From Ophelia neglecta (Eukaryota): 64,000 nt of DNA. A program made the translations under genes and the position numbers. The DNA lies in assembly GCA_965285935.1 (NCBI GenBank), contig OZ260661.1, positions 34,224,001 through 34,288,000 on the forward strand. Reading direction: 5' to 3'. Positions 30,666 to 45,600 of this stretch are shown here, in pieces (position 1 is the stretch's first letter; every line of letters starts with the position of its first letter). The notes under the pieces were generated by a model. The model did no database searches, was not told the origin of the DNA, and saw only the letters and a program-made list of their open reading frames with translations.

Positions 30666-33600
30666 GATTTAAATTTCCATTGTGGTTTGCTATAAAAGTT
30701 ATATAAAAAGGGTCCATTTGGTGACTAGTGGGAAGTAGGTAGTGGGAGTAACCAGTAGGCGGAGTCATGAAAAGTGGTTAAAGGTCATTCTGCTTGGAAA
30801 CAAAGATGTGGAGTGGGTTGGGGGAGAGTTGGATGAAGGGGGGGGGGGGGGGGTAGATATGGCTTCCCTTCGTGCTGTTTCTCCTTTTAATTATCCGCCA
30901 TGGACGTTTAACCTTCATTTATTAAGTATACGTTAAGGCCTGGGTTAAAAGACCGCTGTGGCTGTGATTGGGTGAGCACGCCATCATATTTGTTTACAAA
31001 AAAAACGAACGAAAAACGAACAAAGTATAGAAGTTTCTCTCGCAACTGTTTACATGTCAAGTTAGGTGTGTTAAATATATGTAATCAATTCATGATGCTT
31101 CCAAGGCCAGAAACTGCCTTCTTCTTAAACAATTTTACCAAAATGTGAACAGCATAGCTATCTCACACTAAATTAACGCCATTGATAAAAATTTCGTAAA
31201 AATGTTAACCCACATACATCATTGGAATGTTGGAATATTGACTCGAGGATTCACCATCAGATATTTAATATAAAATTGATTGATATGATGTCGGGGCATG
31301 CAGGTGACGAAGAAACATTGATAATGGGTAGTCTGTAACATCTATATATTTATTTTATTCACATTTAATGATATAAAAAGCAATTATACGGTAGGCACGT
31401 TTATGTTCTAATTAAACTGATGTTCATTTTTACATACTAGTAAACTTCAATAAAGAATCTATTCATTCGATCATATTCTTTAAACTCACTATAAATAGTT
31501 TGATTAAATCGAAAGATAGTTTTTGGTTGATTTTTAATTTTTCATCAAACATAAATGATAGATGATGAGGGAAGTTCATGATAATTACAATTGCTTTCTG
31601 CATTCTGTGGCTTTTTATTTTGATCCACACTTTTTAATTTAAATTCTCTAGTACATTTTTCATTTATATGACAAAATGAATGAATTTTGCGTGAAAAACG
31701 ATTTTCAGTTATTGCCAGTTAACTATGTAATAAAAAAGACATTAGCTTCTTCAGTGGACATATCAATATTCTTGCCAGGAGGTCCTAGAAAGTCATGTCT
31801 ATCCATTTAAAACTAAAACGATTGACCAACTGTGATCAACAAGCTGTGAATATGACGAAGCTATATTCTTTTGTGTATTTATAAATAGATATACCTCTGT
31901 GAAAAGCTGACGTTTTATATTTATATGCAAATAGGCCTATAATATCTTGTAATCGTAGCATATGCGATGTTCATTTTGGAATATCATAGACACCTTGATA
32001 ATGTGCTTTTAAGTCTATGACAAGGAATATATTACAAATGTGATCGCCAAAGCAGTATATGAATCTTCTGTCAAGTTTCCAAACTTTCCAGTATAGATAG
32101 CAGAAGTAGTTTGTGGTACTAGTAAGTAAATGGCGTCTCCTAGCGTTAGTAACGGTGACATCTTGCCTGAACCTCGGAGTTTCTTCGAAAACCACTTGAT
32201 ACTAGTGACATCTGGTGGGTAGTTTATGCAGACGACACACTGATGAAGTATCAAGAGAAAGTTCACCTATGATATTGTTATACGAATTTCAATTTCAATT
32301 TATTGTTTTCATTTGCATGGTTTTGTTTGATATAAGGAATCCAAAATTTAATTACATTTATTCCTGACACGCCAGACTGTCGTTATTTGGCACACTGTAA
32401 GCCCGGTAGATCCTCTCTTGACCTTCTGACCTTCCTCCTCTCGAAGCAGACGACACGGCATGTCGGCTGGTTGACAATCTGGTGGCAATTTACATGGACA
32501 GGAAATCACCCGGATTAACATCTGTTATACGGCACTTTGTATGGAAATCGCGGCCAAATGCTCCTTGTTCAAACCTTACCATAAAACTATTTGGATTCAG
32601 ATACAGGGTACAGACGCTTGATTTAGGAAATATGCATCAATGACTATCTTAGAATGCTTAGCTCAGTGCAAAGATTTGCCACCGTCAAACTCGTATTGCA
32701 ATCGTGAAGAAGTAGCTGCCGTGCGCATGGAGATATAAAAGTTTAGTACCTGATTTAGTGGTGATCAGATAATTAATTATAGTCAACCGTGTTCATTTCC
32801 TGAATCGCGCACTCGTTTGTATATGTACATTTTGTACTGTTATGAATTCTTATAGGTAAGTAAAACAAAAACAATGAAATTGCTTGACATAATTAATTAC
32901 TGGAACCGTCCTGAAGGAAGTGGCCTTTCAGATGAACACACTACATTCGATGAATGTACATTGTTTATCTATCTTTGTTGCAATAGTATCAAATATTTTG
33001 AATAAAGTATTGAAACGCAGGAAATGATGAAACCCTAGCGGCCAATTCTGGAACTTATGTGGATAGTATACAGGTAATTCAAATCACTTCCCTGGTGAAT
33101 CCGTCACACCCAAATAATTCCTAATTCAATTCAGTGTTTGTGCCAAAACGGATTAAAGTAATACGAGCATTTGATATATGTATTTTGGTAAACATGCCGC
33201 CGATTTCATGCGAAACGAGACATTTAAGTGATAAAAAGTTTGGTTTTATAAACGGGTGGCCGCTTTGTTCTTCCCTTAAAATTAATTGGATCCGCCTTAA
33301 AGGGAAAGAAACATCTTAATATCAACGACCCCACAGTAAGCGGGTGAGATAAAGGTATTATTCTGTTGGCTGGTCTTTGAGATGTGTAGTATATTAGGAT
33401 ATTCATACATGGTTTACCATAGTAATAAGTTCATTTCACTCTAAAGCTCGGCTGTTGATAGAGCATTATGTCGTTTATATATTTCACGAGAAGCTTATCC
33501 TATACAAACAAGGGTTTACTACTCTCTGTCTATAGTAACGTTACTCATTTCCACGACACCTTGTATAATACATCAGTGTACACCCCTTGAGTGTACACCA

Positions 33601-36600
33601 CACATTATGTTTATAATGTATATTATTGATGCATATACATATATGAGAGTCGTCTGTTTATGCCCGCCCGGTCGGTGAATTCTCAGCACCGTATTACCAA
33701 AATTTTAGCATTTTGTAACTACTTATTATAACTATTCACTGGTAAGTGAAGTTGTAAGCGTTATGTAAATTATGGTCCTAATAGATCACTGTCAATGGTA
33801 AACTAACTTGTAATTCATTTGGCATGACGCCATTTTTCCAGTGCTTTATCGTGGTCACCGAATACCGTATTCACGCGTTTTTAATGCTTTTTATAGCAGG
33901 CCACAATAATGCGATCTAACGGGCAGTCGCTCTCATTTAAATCGCACTGAAGGTGTACTGAAAATTTATTTAATGTTACTCAATTTTTTTTTAATCAGGC
34001 CTCGTGCAGATTACATTAATCCAGGATTGATGGTTTTTATCAACACACGTCTTGGTAGTGCAGTTGTCTTGTAGATTATTTTAATCAATACATTGTGCAT
34101 GCTTGTGAATGTGTATTTAATGAGAAGAACATTCCATCAATTTCATGACTCAAAATTCAGCCAGTCATATGTCCAGGAAGCAGGTTCTTTTGACGAAAAT
34201 AGATGTTACTATATGTATACTGAAAACAAGAATTCAGCCAAATTAATCTTTCCAGCTTTGACCCGCTAGTTTATCGTCTAAGGTCCATGTAATGCCCGTC
34301 TAGATCAATTGTCGTGGTTCTAACTCGGTGAGTACCCCCCCCCCCCCCCGAGTACCCCCCCCCCACCCTCCCACCCTCTCCCCTCTCGCGGTTTACAGTT
34401 TATTAGGATTAAAAGGCCGGCCTGTATAATTGTTTTCCGTCTGTCATCCATGCAATTAATAGGCAAAACCAGAGCTCCGGTTACTAGTTATTTAGCCTCC
34501 TGCTAACATATATCCTACATATATTATTATAATATATATTCTATCCTACATATATTATCATAATAAATATTCAATCTATGCATACCGTTGAGAGCCTACT
34601 GTCTAAACCATACCCCCCCCCCCCCCCTCCTCCCCTCCCTCCTTCTCTGTAGCCTCAACACCCATCTGTCTGTAACATCTAAATGATAGTTTCAGTGCTA
34701 TCCACGAGATGTTATTTTTGTTCCCGCTGAATAACGGAGTGTCCCAATTGCTTGTGTGAGCATTCAGCCATACAGGAGCATGTCGAGATAAATTACTTTA
34801 AAACGGTAGCTCTTGGCTCAGAAACGATCGTTTCTGCCACATTTACCAGCCGACTTTGATGTTAATCGAAACAATTCATTACAAAATGGGTATCAGATAA
34901 GCCTACCCAAGCATGGTGTAATGGCAAAATGTTTCCAATTAAATAACACTCTTCCGGCTGCGTTCCTCATTACGGTGTAAAAGAAAGTTATATCCCATCC
35001 AGTTTGTCCCCGGGTCATCATCTTCAACGAATTATGATCTGTTGAGTAAAGCCGGTGGATATTAAAATGCGGATTTCTGTGAACTGGAACAAAGGGACCC
35101 GCCACACCTATCCAACTGATGTAGCGGTCCATCGTCATATGGCACATGTGGTTGATTTATGTAACATTAATTCGTCTGATAAAGGCTCACGGACGGGAGT
35201 TTACGAGTTGTAAAACAACCAGCTAGAGAGCAATAATAAGTAAGAGAACAGGTCTGATATTTATTGCATGAAGCTATGTATAGATAATAGTGGGTGGTAT
35301 TTATAAACACACATGTATGTGTGTGTGTTATTTGGATTGAGGCACACTGATAATGTAATAATTGCACTTCCTACCGTTTACCACTTGCTTTACACCGAAC
35401 TTAGCATTACTAATAAAATCAACGCAGTTTGTACACTAGCTTCAACCGCATTTTTGTTTATTGATAACCTGACATGGGTACGTTAATGTAGTGAGCAATT
35501 TTAGGTGTTGAGTTATTTTTTTTTTATATAATGATTATTCTATAAAGGCCTATATGTGTCGATCAAGGTTTCATTGGAAGCTCACGCCTTTGGGCCTAGC
35601 GACAGACGTGTCCGCCCCTCCCCTACACGGCTAACACGGCGGGTACACCCCCAGCACCATGACCCTGCTGTAAATAGGGCCCCGGGCACTAGTCACCTGC
35701 CACCGCTATCACTCTCCAATGAACTCTAATTCATTAGCTCTCTATCTCAGAAGCTACAAATTGTATTGGATGGCCAGCAAAATGGCTTCAAATTTGCCAG
35801 TGATGGAAAACCATCGACTTCTTGCAGTACCTATCCCGATGTTATATATAGTTCCTAGCCAATGGAGCTGGGTGTTTTCGGTATACCTCCTAAAATACTA
35901 ACTGAAGTGACTTACCAGAAATTAATGTCAATCACAGCGGGCTAATTCATTTTGCACATATCTGCCGGAGGGCGTGAGATGCGAGGGGTTAACATGGACA
36001 TTGCTGACCCCGACCCCAGCCTGGAGGGGGTTAACCTCCGCTGTCCGAACAGCAGGAGGCTATATCAGTCTCTAAATCGATGGGCTCCCGTGGAAGAAAG
36101 GGGTAGACGAGAAATTGGGGAGGACATTGAAACCACAGATTATGTTCGGGCAAAGACAACAAGACTGGTAAAAGAACTGTAGAGGCAAAACCAGCCCGTT
36201 AAACTATACATAGCTTCATGTATATAGTCTATAACTTATATTAACTGCTGAATAGTCTTTCGTTTTAGGCCCTTGTAAACAATCAAGTGTTTATTGCACA
36301 CCGAGTCGTTTTACACATATCAAGTGAATTTATTTCCACAAGTCCATTACTTGTTACCAGGCTCACAGACTACACCAAGTTAGCTCGTAAGATCACTGGT
36401 TTTAAGGATCTTACAAACTGCCACTGTGAGCGAGGTAATAACTTGTGTGCGGGTCTAATTTACTATATAAAGTCAAGCGCTCTTTATTTTAAAGATTTAT
36501 ATTTAGGCAATTCGCAATTTGATGCTGAAGCTATAGAATTGACAACAAACAAGAACTCAAATTGCGACAATATGGGTCATAATATCACTTTAGGTTATAT

Positions 36601-39600
36601 TAAACTTGTAACCCATTATAAGAATTAATAAGCTTAATATTTGAGTAATTAAACCAAGCCAAATGTTGAAATATCTGTGATTTTAATAGTTAGTAACGTA
36701 ATAATAGTCTCACTATCCAAAACATGAGCTTTTTCTATTAAATCCAGGGGTTGTGTATGAAATATATGCAAGGAATTTGTTTTGCACAGTTTTCGCTTTA
36801 TATCATATGATTATACACATTTCCATGGTATCAAACTGTGACTCCGTGAACACAATCCATTAGTGTGTCTACCAACCAATTTTGACCCGAAACCAAACTT
36901 CATTTATAGACGTTAGGATAGATCATAAATCTTTCACATTATAGATTGTGGCGAATGCAGACGACATGTTTGATGACTTCCTAGAAGGATGAGTTGGAAA
37001 AGAAATACCTGTACCGATTTGTGACTGGAGACTTGACAACATTAGAAATTGGTTTAGAATTGAGTTGTGATTCCGTCGCCGTCCTGGGTAGTTTGGGTGA
37101 AGAGTTGAGATTGCTGGAGTTCCGATGGAAATTGGTTGTCTAATAGCGGGGAGATTGGTTGGGAGGGGATTGGATGTGGAGGGGGCCGAGTCAGCTAGAC
37201 TCCTGGGTTGGAGGGGGTCGAGCGGGCAAGCTCCCGAGCAGGGAGGAGGCTGAAGCTGGCAGAATCCCGGGGAGAAGGCGACAGGCGTGCGGGAAGGCCA
37301 GCCCTCTATCGGACGGGGGGCATACCGAAATCAATTTCTACATTGTTAAGTGGCGACCGTCTGCTCTTCTACCCATTATTCTTATGAAAAAAAGGGTTTA
37401 TTTATCCCAAATTTTATTTAAACTAAATCATTCATCACAAAGACAGTTATTACTACTATAGATACGCCAGGAAAGGTTGATAGTTATACCTCAAACCCGC
37501 GTCTGGATGCCAACGGTCTTGACGTGTTAAAAGTCGCTTGCCAGTCACTTTCTTAATATTTAGTCGTTAATCCATGGCAAATTTTTTTAAATTCACTTCT
37601 ATTTTGGAAAGGTGAGCGCTAATATCACTCTTAATCAACTTGATCAGTCGAGGATATATATCTGATTTTGTGTGCAGAATTATCTATAAGTCTATATAAT
37701 ACTCTGTACATATACAGAACACATTCATAGCCAGTTCGTTACTAGTCCCGCGAAAGACGATATTGAATCGTTGGTCTAATAACTAAATTAAGTGATTTAT
37801 GTCAGACATGTCATCTTGTTTTATAATCCTTTCTGATCGACATATGGCAACTTAAATAAAAAGAAAGGCACCACGTACATATAATTAAAACATCGATCTG
37901 TGTTTGAAAAGAAGGAATCACCGATCAATGATTCTTTCTGTTCCATTTTTCATACACGGGTATTTAAGATAAGTCAATTAAAAGTCCATTAATTTCAATC
38001 TCGCTGTTAGTCTGGTTTATGACACATTCTCCAACTGGGTGACTTTGATTGATATATTTTTCAGTGCTCGCTTGCCACGTGCATACTGGTAAGAGACGAG
38101 ACACTGACTTATCGGAAGTCAGCTCAACCCCAACGGTGTACTCCAAATTATCGCTCAAGTATCAGCGCCCCCCTGCGGTAAGATATTCTAAGCCTGTTGC
38201 GCTGGTATCAGTCACATTTGGCTACCTGTTGTAATGAACGCTGCCTTACTGTGTCGTCTGATTAATAGGGCAATTCCTACGGCAGACGACCATTGCTCTG
38301 ACATATGGACCCTACTGCGTCTACCTGAGTCTATCACGTTAATTTGTTACAAGTTAATTGAATGGCCGGTATTAATCAAATGATTTTGGGCGTTACAAAC
38401 TCGATCATAGCATGGGCTACGAATTGAGAAGTTGGGACCGCTGGGACCCTCTGGGCGCCTAGCGGAGAGCGGACAGACACGGCCGCGATTTGCCGGAACA
38501 GCTACTGAGTGATAAAGTAGTTCATATAAAATCACGGCCATGAAACTAAGTGCATGCTATTTAGCAGATGCGCGCGCTAATAGGGTAAAAATAAAAACTT
38601 GAAAAAGTAAACGGCATTTTACAAATTATTTGGTGGTGATTCACGGGTTGGCGTTAAAATTTAATTGATTTTTATTAGCCACGTTTCGTCGATCAAACAC
38701 AAGCGGAGGATGTTTGAGTCATGAGTTGGGTCGTTTGCACCCGAGCACTATCTATCTGTTGACATGTGTTAGGGCCTTCATTGTCAAGTTTCTTATAATA
38801 TCTGACAAGTATGTCCCCAAGTGCATCGTTTTGTCGCTATCTCTCGCCTTATCAGAATAATAATCTACCATGATTCCCGGGTAACCAAACTCGCCACCCC
38901 TGCACGTGGCATGCTATGACTAGATAAGGGCCTGACACATGGCAGCTACGCTCTATTGAAAACAACGAAATAACAGTGGTTACAACGCCGTGTGCCCTGT
39001 CAGATTGAAGCATGGAACGCTCCCCAAGGACCGCAGACGATGTGACACACCCTCGCGCGCGCACGCCGGAAGCCGCAAGAGAAATTCTGGGATGTCAACA
39101 CCCGCTGAATCACCGAGTGACCCGAGACGAAGACGGCAGCGAATTGAGTCACGTGTGTTGGTAAGATTAAGTAAGATTTGTTCATTGATGACATGATAGA
39201 GGCCAAAGGCGAATAGAGAAGGCGCTATCAGGGTCCTGATAGGCAGGGTGGCGAATGACTCGGCGTCATGCTTAGAGAAAACAAGAGCGTAAAATTGCGT
39301 ATTGGTCGTTAGCAGAGACATTGCAATAAAACAACATTATATCAGATGGTGTAAACTGTGTGTTTAGTGCTACGTGTTTCTAGCCCAGTGAAATCGAGAT
39401 CTGTCATTAGTGTATGGCTCAACAGAATAAAACTCAAATTTATCCAATACAGGAGCTTATACGTATATCTGATATTAAATGAAGCTTGTATGACCTTCAT
39501 TAAACCAATTAATTTAGAAAGAAAAGCGTCATAACAATTATTTTTATGGTGAATCAGTTATTATACATTTCACTTTTGTCTGTTTCGTATAAATGGAAGT

Positions 39601-42600
39601 CATTTTATGATATGCGGTTATTATTCAAAACTATTTACAGTGATATAAGTAGCGCCAAATATTGTAGCTTGATGCAATAGATGACCGATATGATATCAAA
39701 TCAATTTGCTAGTGATGATATGCCATTGGCAGACCTTTGGCCCTAGTCTGCCTCTAAGCCCTCTTAATGTCCCAGCCCTCGGCCTCTCACCACCCTCTCC
39801 GGTTCCCATGTCTCCCTCGTTGGCCTCCAAAGGCCCGTGCCTGACCCGTCTCTCTTACTCCACTCCTCACGCCACTCTTCTCCATTTAAAACACATCAAA
39901 ACTCCAGCTCTACCTGCCTGAAATTACCCCTCCAAATTGCCACCATGGTTTCAATTAAATGGCGATTTTCTTCTCGAAGACCCGGACTATATTCCAGTCG
40001 AAAAACTCTTACTTTTCCTGGCGCATAATCGAAAACAAATTAATATGGTGGCTATTTGGACTGGCCTTATCATAGCCAGGCTCAGGAACTGTCATCGCCG
40101 GCTTTAATTGTCGGGGATAAAGCCCCAATCTTTCGGCGTGGCTTTTGGGCCAAGTGCCGGCTCTAAACGCTAGCAACTGTTGGGCAACATCTATCACTGG
40201 TTGGCTAGGAAACGAGATGGGGTCGGGGAAGGACTGAGCTCGGGCACAGACAGGCCGCTAGTTTATATTTATCATGCACCTTTCTAGTCGACCTATCAGC
40301 CTATTTGCTGCATATTTCTGACAAGAAATTATGACCATTGTGCAAGCCTATAAAAACTTGTTAGAGGAGTCCCACTGATTAATAAAAAAATAATTTAAAA
40401 GTTGTCTCAAAAGCGAATGATTCTCGCTGTACAGCTCCTAAGATTATGTGAAGTATAAGTTTAATAGATAGTGACATTTAGAAGGTAAAAAAGTAGGAGG
40501 TAAAAACGAAGAAAATGATATATTGACTAAATCGCCTGTGATATCAACAAATTAACCAAACCTTACTGATGGAGACTTGCACAAGACTATCGAATAATAC
40601 ATAGAGAGGAGGGCATAGCGTTGAGTGCACGAGGAGCAATGTTATCGAGAAGACATTTAATAATAAAAAATGATTAAAATGCTCGCACTCGTCTTACAAG
40701 TTTCCCAGACCCCGGAGTCTGTGTATTCGGGCCGTCCGTCAGCCAGGGTCGACTATGTCTAGGGCGGGACTTCGTGTACACCTGTTTTCACTGAAAGCCG
40801 GGCATGCCATTCGAAATCACCTTCGGTTTAACAGTCTTTCCGCTCAGTTGAAGCGTCTCAAAGCGCGAAATTAATATATTCACCGGCTTCCATCCATCCC
40901 CATGGCTCGGAGGGGTAAACGCGGTAATATCGCCCGAAACCATCCCTAATCTACAACGCACGCTTCTTGCCCCTCTGACAAAATCATCACTAATATCCTA
41001 GGCATAGTTTTTATAAAATTACTTTTGAATTTATGGCAATAGAGTGTGTTGGTTCTAATCAGGCACATGTTAACTAGAGGTGTGTGAAAATCGACATAAA
41101 ATGAAAAATGATGGTACTAGGCATATCTGGTTTCGAGGACAGGCATTGTCAGATGTTTAACAAGGGTGTTCACTGGAAGAAATTCTTTCTGGTTTTTCTC
41201 AGCATTCTTTCTACTCGCAATGCTTTGATTCAGGATGTCTGTCCGTAGGTGTTCCTTTTTTTTTCTGTTCAGAACATCATTGCTAAACCTTCTTCTATTT
41301 AGCTACAGAGGTTAAAATGCCACACGATGTTTTCGCATATTTCGCGTGTCAACAAGCCTACCCTACAGCTCACTTCATGCTTCTCTGCCACCGAAAATGT
41401 TCTGAAAATTAAACCCTAGCAATTCAAAACAGCGTGAAAGTGGCGAGTGTTTGGGAACGCCGGCATCCAACTCATGTGGGAATCAAAACTCTGTTTTGAA
41501 TGAAACGTCAAAGAGCGGAAAGAAACGAACAGCAAAGGGCCTCAGTGGAGCGACCACAAGCAGGTCCGCACTTGGGACAATATTGACATAATATTGGTTT
41601 TGTTGTGGTGCGGAATTGATACTGTGGCCAACATAATGAGATCAGTCTGTTCTACGGCTGTTTCCAAACAGACCCGGATTGATCATAACTAATTAGTAAA
41701 ATTACACAAATACTCGGTGTGATTAGAGTTAGTGGGAGCCAGCTCAGTATAAATGGGGCACCTCGTTGGGCGTAATCATTTTCAGATAGCGGTAATATTC
41801 ACATTCTTCCGGTGTTCGTCTGGAATGCTGGGTAAAGTGCCGAAATCTGGTCAGGTGTTGTCGAACTCAAGTGAAATGGATTTGACCTCTGAGACTTGTC
41901 TAGGAGTTTTGGAAGAGGTTCACGGCTCGTGTTAAGATCACTGGAATCTCTTGGTTCCGCTTTAGATACGGGACTGTTGAAATGTGCATGTGGCAACTCC
42001 TAACAGCTCTCTGGACTGTCATGGCGCCGTTTACACTAAGTGTTCGGCAGGCCTAAACTCACTAAATTATTTACATAACAACTATATAATATCAAAAGTG
42101 ATAGTCATAATATTGTTGACCTATTTAGGATCAAGTTAAAATGGGATTGACAGTTTCTAATATAGATCCCAATAATCCTTTCTATCTAATTCCAAAGCTA
42201 TATTGAACATATGTCAGCAGTTTGTTTCGAAATGTATAAGAAACCAGTGAACTTAAATAATAACTGGGTGCCGTGCTGGATGATGATCACTTTGTATCTA
42301 CGGAATAAAACAGATAATCTGCATCATATTGGCACGCAGCTCATAAAGAATTCAGGCAATTAATGCCAATGTGTCAAACTCTCGTCAAGCGCATGCTCAC
42401 TCAAGGAATTCACCACGGCCAGTCACGTTCCAATGGTCGTACACCAAGCAGAGAAAATCATCAGGCACTATTAAAAGGTTTATTTAATAAATCTGGAGAT
42501 CATTTGAAGCTCCCAAAACTAAACCTGTTGTATGCGCCCGAACTTCAAACATATCACATAAATAGGAAAACGAAAAGAAAAGGATGTGTTTTACAGGAAG

Positions 42601-45600
42601 TTTCATAATGAGAGTTTTCTATATTGATTTTGCATGGTGCAAGCTAGATGCACTAATTTCAAAACATTGGGCACAACCAAACGATAATCAATAGACTTTA
42701 AGGGATAATTTGGTAAGCTACAAACCACAACATACCTTATCCTCCCAGTGTCACATTACTAAACATTTCGACTGCAAGCCGATCATATTCAACATGTGCC
42801 TGTATGAGAATCATTGAGACTTAGTTTGCCATGTAATTAGCTAATTTAATTGAACACCTAAAGTGACTAATTGCATGGAAATCAATTGGTCAAGGGAGGT
42901 GCTACAATTTATATGAGTCACGCCCAGCGAATATGTCCGGGAATGAGGTCCGTTACAGGCCTATATGATAGACTAGGGTTTCTTTTTTTCCCTCAGACAA
43001 GTCTGGAATAATTCAGTGTAAGCACATCTAATTTCATCTGCGACTAGTTTAACCTCGATAAACGGTTGAATTTAGATACGGCCAAATTAAGTCTTGGCGA
43101 CGAGCAGATTAAAATCCCAATTAGATATGTCATCGTTGGTTACCGAGGATGAAACAAATCCATATTTTAGACGGCGATGATGTAAGCGATTCCGTATTTT
43201 AGTGCCGCGTCTCTGACATCAGATATGAAATGAAAGGACAGAAGAGACCAAAGTATAGCCAGCCGTGGTTATCGCTAACACTTGTGAGTTTAAATTGACA
43301 ACAGGGCCTTTTTCAATAAAAGTTGTGGTTTGCCATTAGTCAGTTGGTTTCATGTTTGCTCGTGTTGGAGCGTCTTGTGTAAGCACACCAGCCCCACCAG
43401 GCAGCTTGGATAGAACTAAAAAGCTACGACCACAATTTGATTAATTTTGTCCCATGACTGATTAGGCCTAGAATAAACAGGTGACAAATTGAATACTAAA
43501 ATATAGATATCTTTGAAGCTAACTATGAAGTGAGGGGATTTGAAATATACCTGTAAGCTATGTATATGGCTTTGTTCGATGTGTGTAATGTAACTTGCCC
43601 TTGTCGTCTGCTGGGTCATAAGTCTTGTAGCCCAGGTTTCACGGATCACCTTCAAATAAGATTTAAAACGGGCAGCGCCAGCTGGGAAAACCAATAAGCT
43701 GGGTCTAAGTGTGTGTCATATGTTTAGATAAGACCTAATATACGACTATTTGAAAACTTATTAAGAGAAAAGTTCAGATGTCATTATTAAAAATCTATAC
43801 TGGCATCGAAATAGAGGCAATATATGTCAGACCTGACAGCCATTAGGGCTTGTGACGTGTGACCGGCGTACCAGGAATCTGTGCTCCAGCGTATGATTGA
43901 CGGCAACAAAGTAAGGTGGGACTCTATTCCTCTGACACCAATAGATAGCATTCCATTTCGCGTGTCATCACAAATTAATCTGTGGTTTATTATTTCCCAA
44001 AACCTTGCATGAACCTGTGTCGACAAATGTAATTATGAGGGTGATATACACACGTCTGTCGGTTTCCTCGATTTTACTCGCACCTCTCTATGTTCCCACG
44101 GAAAAATGACTCCAGATATGTTCTTGCAGATCAGAAATATTTGTTGGTTCGTTTGTAAACTAACCCGGAGGTAACAGACGTCCAATGAATCAATGGAGTA
44201 ATTTATCTGACTTTAAAGTGCCATCAGCAGTATCAATTCGATGTAAAAACACAGTATGTGAGCATCTCTCGTTTGATGTTTCAATTTCACCGTGAAAACG
44301 TTTGGCTTTTCGATGATACACAAGAATAATATTTACTTGGCGAGCGCCTTTACTGAGAGTAGATTGGACCAATTAAGCAACGTTGGAATCTTGGAATTAG
44401 GCATATAGTTAATCAACAATAATATTATCTTAAGCGTTCGACATACATAAACATTGAAATCCTAAATATACTCGCTAAATGAGCTTTGAAAGAAACATCA
44501 AAGTCAGATTTTTTTGTGCCTTTTGAAGTTTGAAAAAATAGCGGGTAGGGTTCACGGTCGTAGTTGAACTCGATGTAGAAAGATTCACAAGCTGAGGTAG
44601 TTCAAAATAACTAATGTATATATATGTATCGTTTTAGTCGACGCCAATTAGCCAAGGTAAAAATAACACTGCTTTGAACTGACACACAGCAAAGACATGT
44701 GATATTGGAGGCAGCCTCTTACATGTAATATGTGTTGTTAGTGTGTAAGTGGTGTGAGATGTAAGTCCAACTGACTTTTCTTACAACAATTCTAGGCTAT
44801 GTGCAACGTTCATTTCATGTTTTATGAAGTGTCATTTATAAAGAATGTAACTAATAAGTTATCATAGGAATAAATCAAGCCAATAAATCAAGAAGTCTAA
44901 AGAGGATATATTTATTAGAACACGATGATAAGTGCATCTATTTGATGAAAAGTTTTCGTATCCATCACTTGGGGGTCTTCTATTCGTTTGTCGAGTTTAT
45001 CAGTAAAGTTATGCAAGCATTGAAACAACAATTGTGTAACATCCATCATATTCATGACTTTTTTATCGTTTTATAAACGGATATTAATACCATTATTCAT
45101 TTTTTGTCTGTTTATTAAACTTCTGCCAAGTGAATGGTTTCAGTTCCTAACAAATCATTTCAATGAATTACAACAACCCCCACCCTCCCCTCCCTACCCT
45201 CTGAATTCCCGCCCCCTCCCCCCCCCCCTGAATTCCCACCCAACCTTGTTTCTTGCCGTGAAATACTTTCGCCGGTAACTCGCTAATTGGCCACATATTA
45301 CCTTTTCGATTTATCGGTGGCCTTGTCAAACGTTACACGCGGAAATAGAGACGGGCAATTCGGCTGGCGATGACTGGCCTCTCTTCTCGCCGAGGCATAA
45401 TAGTCGACATATGGGAGTGTTGATGGCTTGAGTGGGGCAGCTCCCGGGAACTGGCGAGCAATAAACGTGAAGCGAAGACGGACGAATTGAGCGTGAGGCG
45501 GCTACTTCTGATTATAGGTCTTCTCAACTTGTTTGGGTAAACACTCGCTTATTGCTGCATCCACTAAGCCAGATCATCGCCAACGATATCCAGTTAATTT

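Noticed and set aside
32225-32242. YADDTL, resembling the LINE reverse transcriptase catalytic motif
   Set aside because: The frame is short and stop-bounded, with no upstream QG..L.P.LF motif. It is simply one copy of the GCAGACGACA motif.
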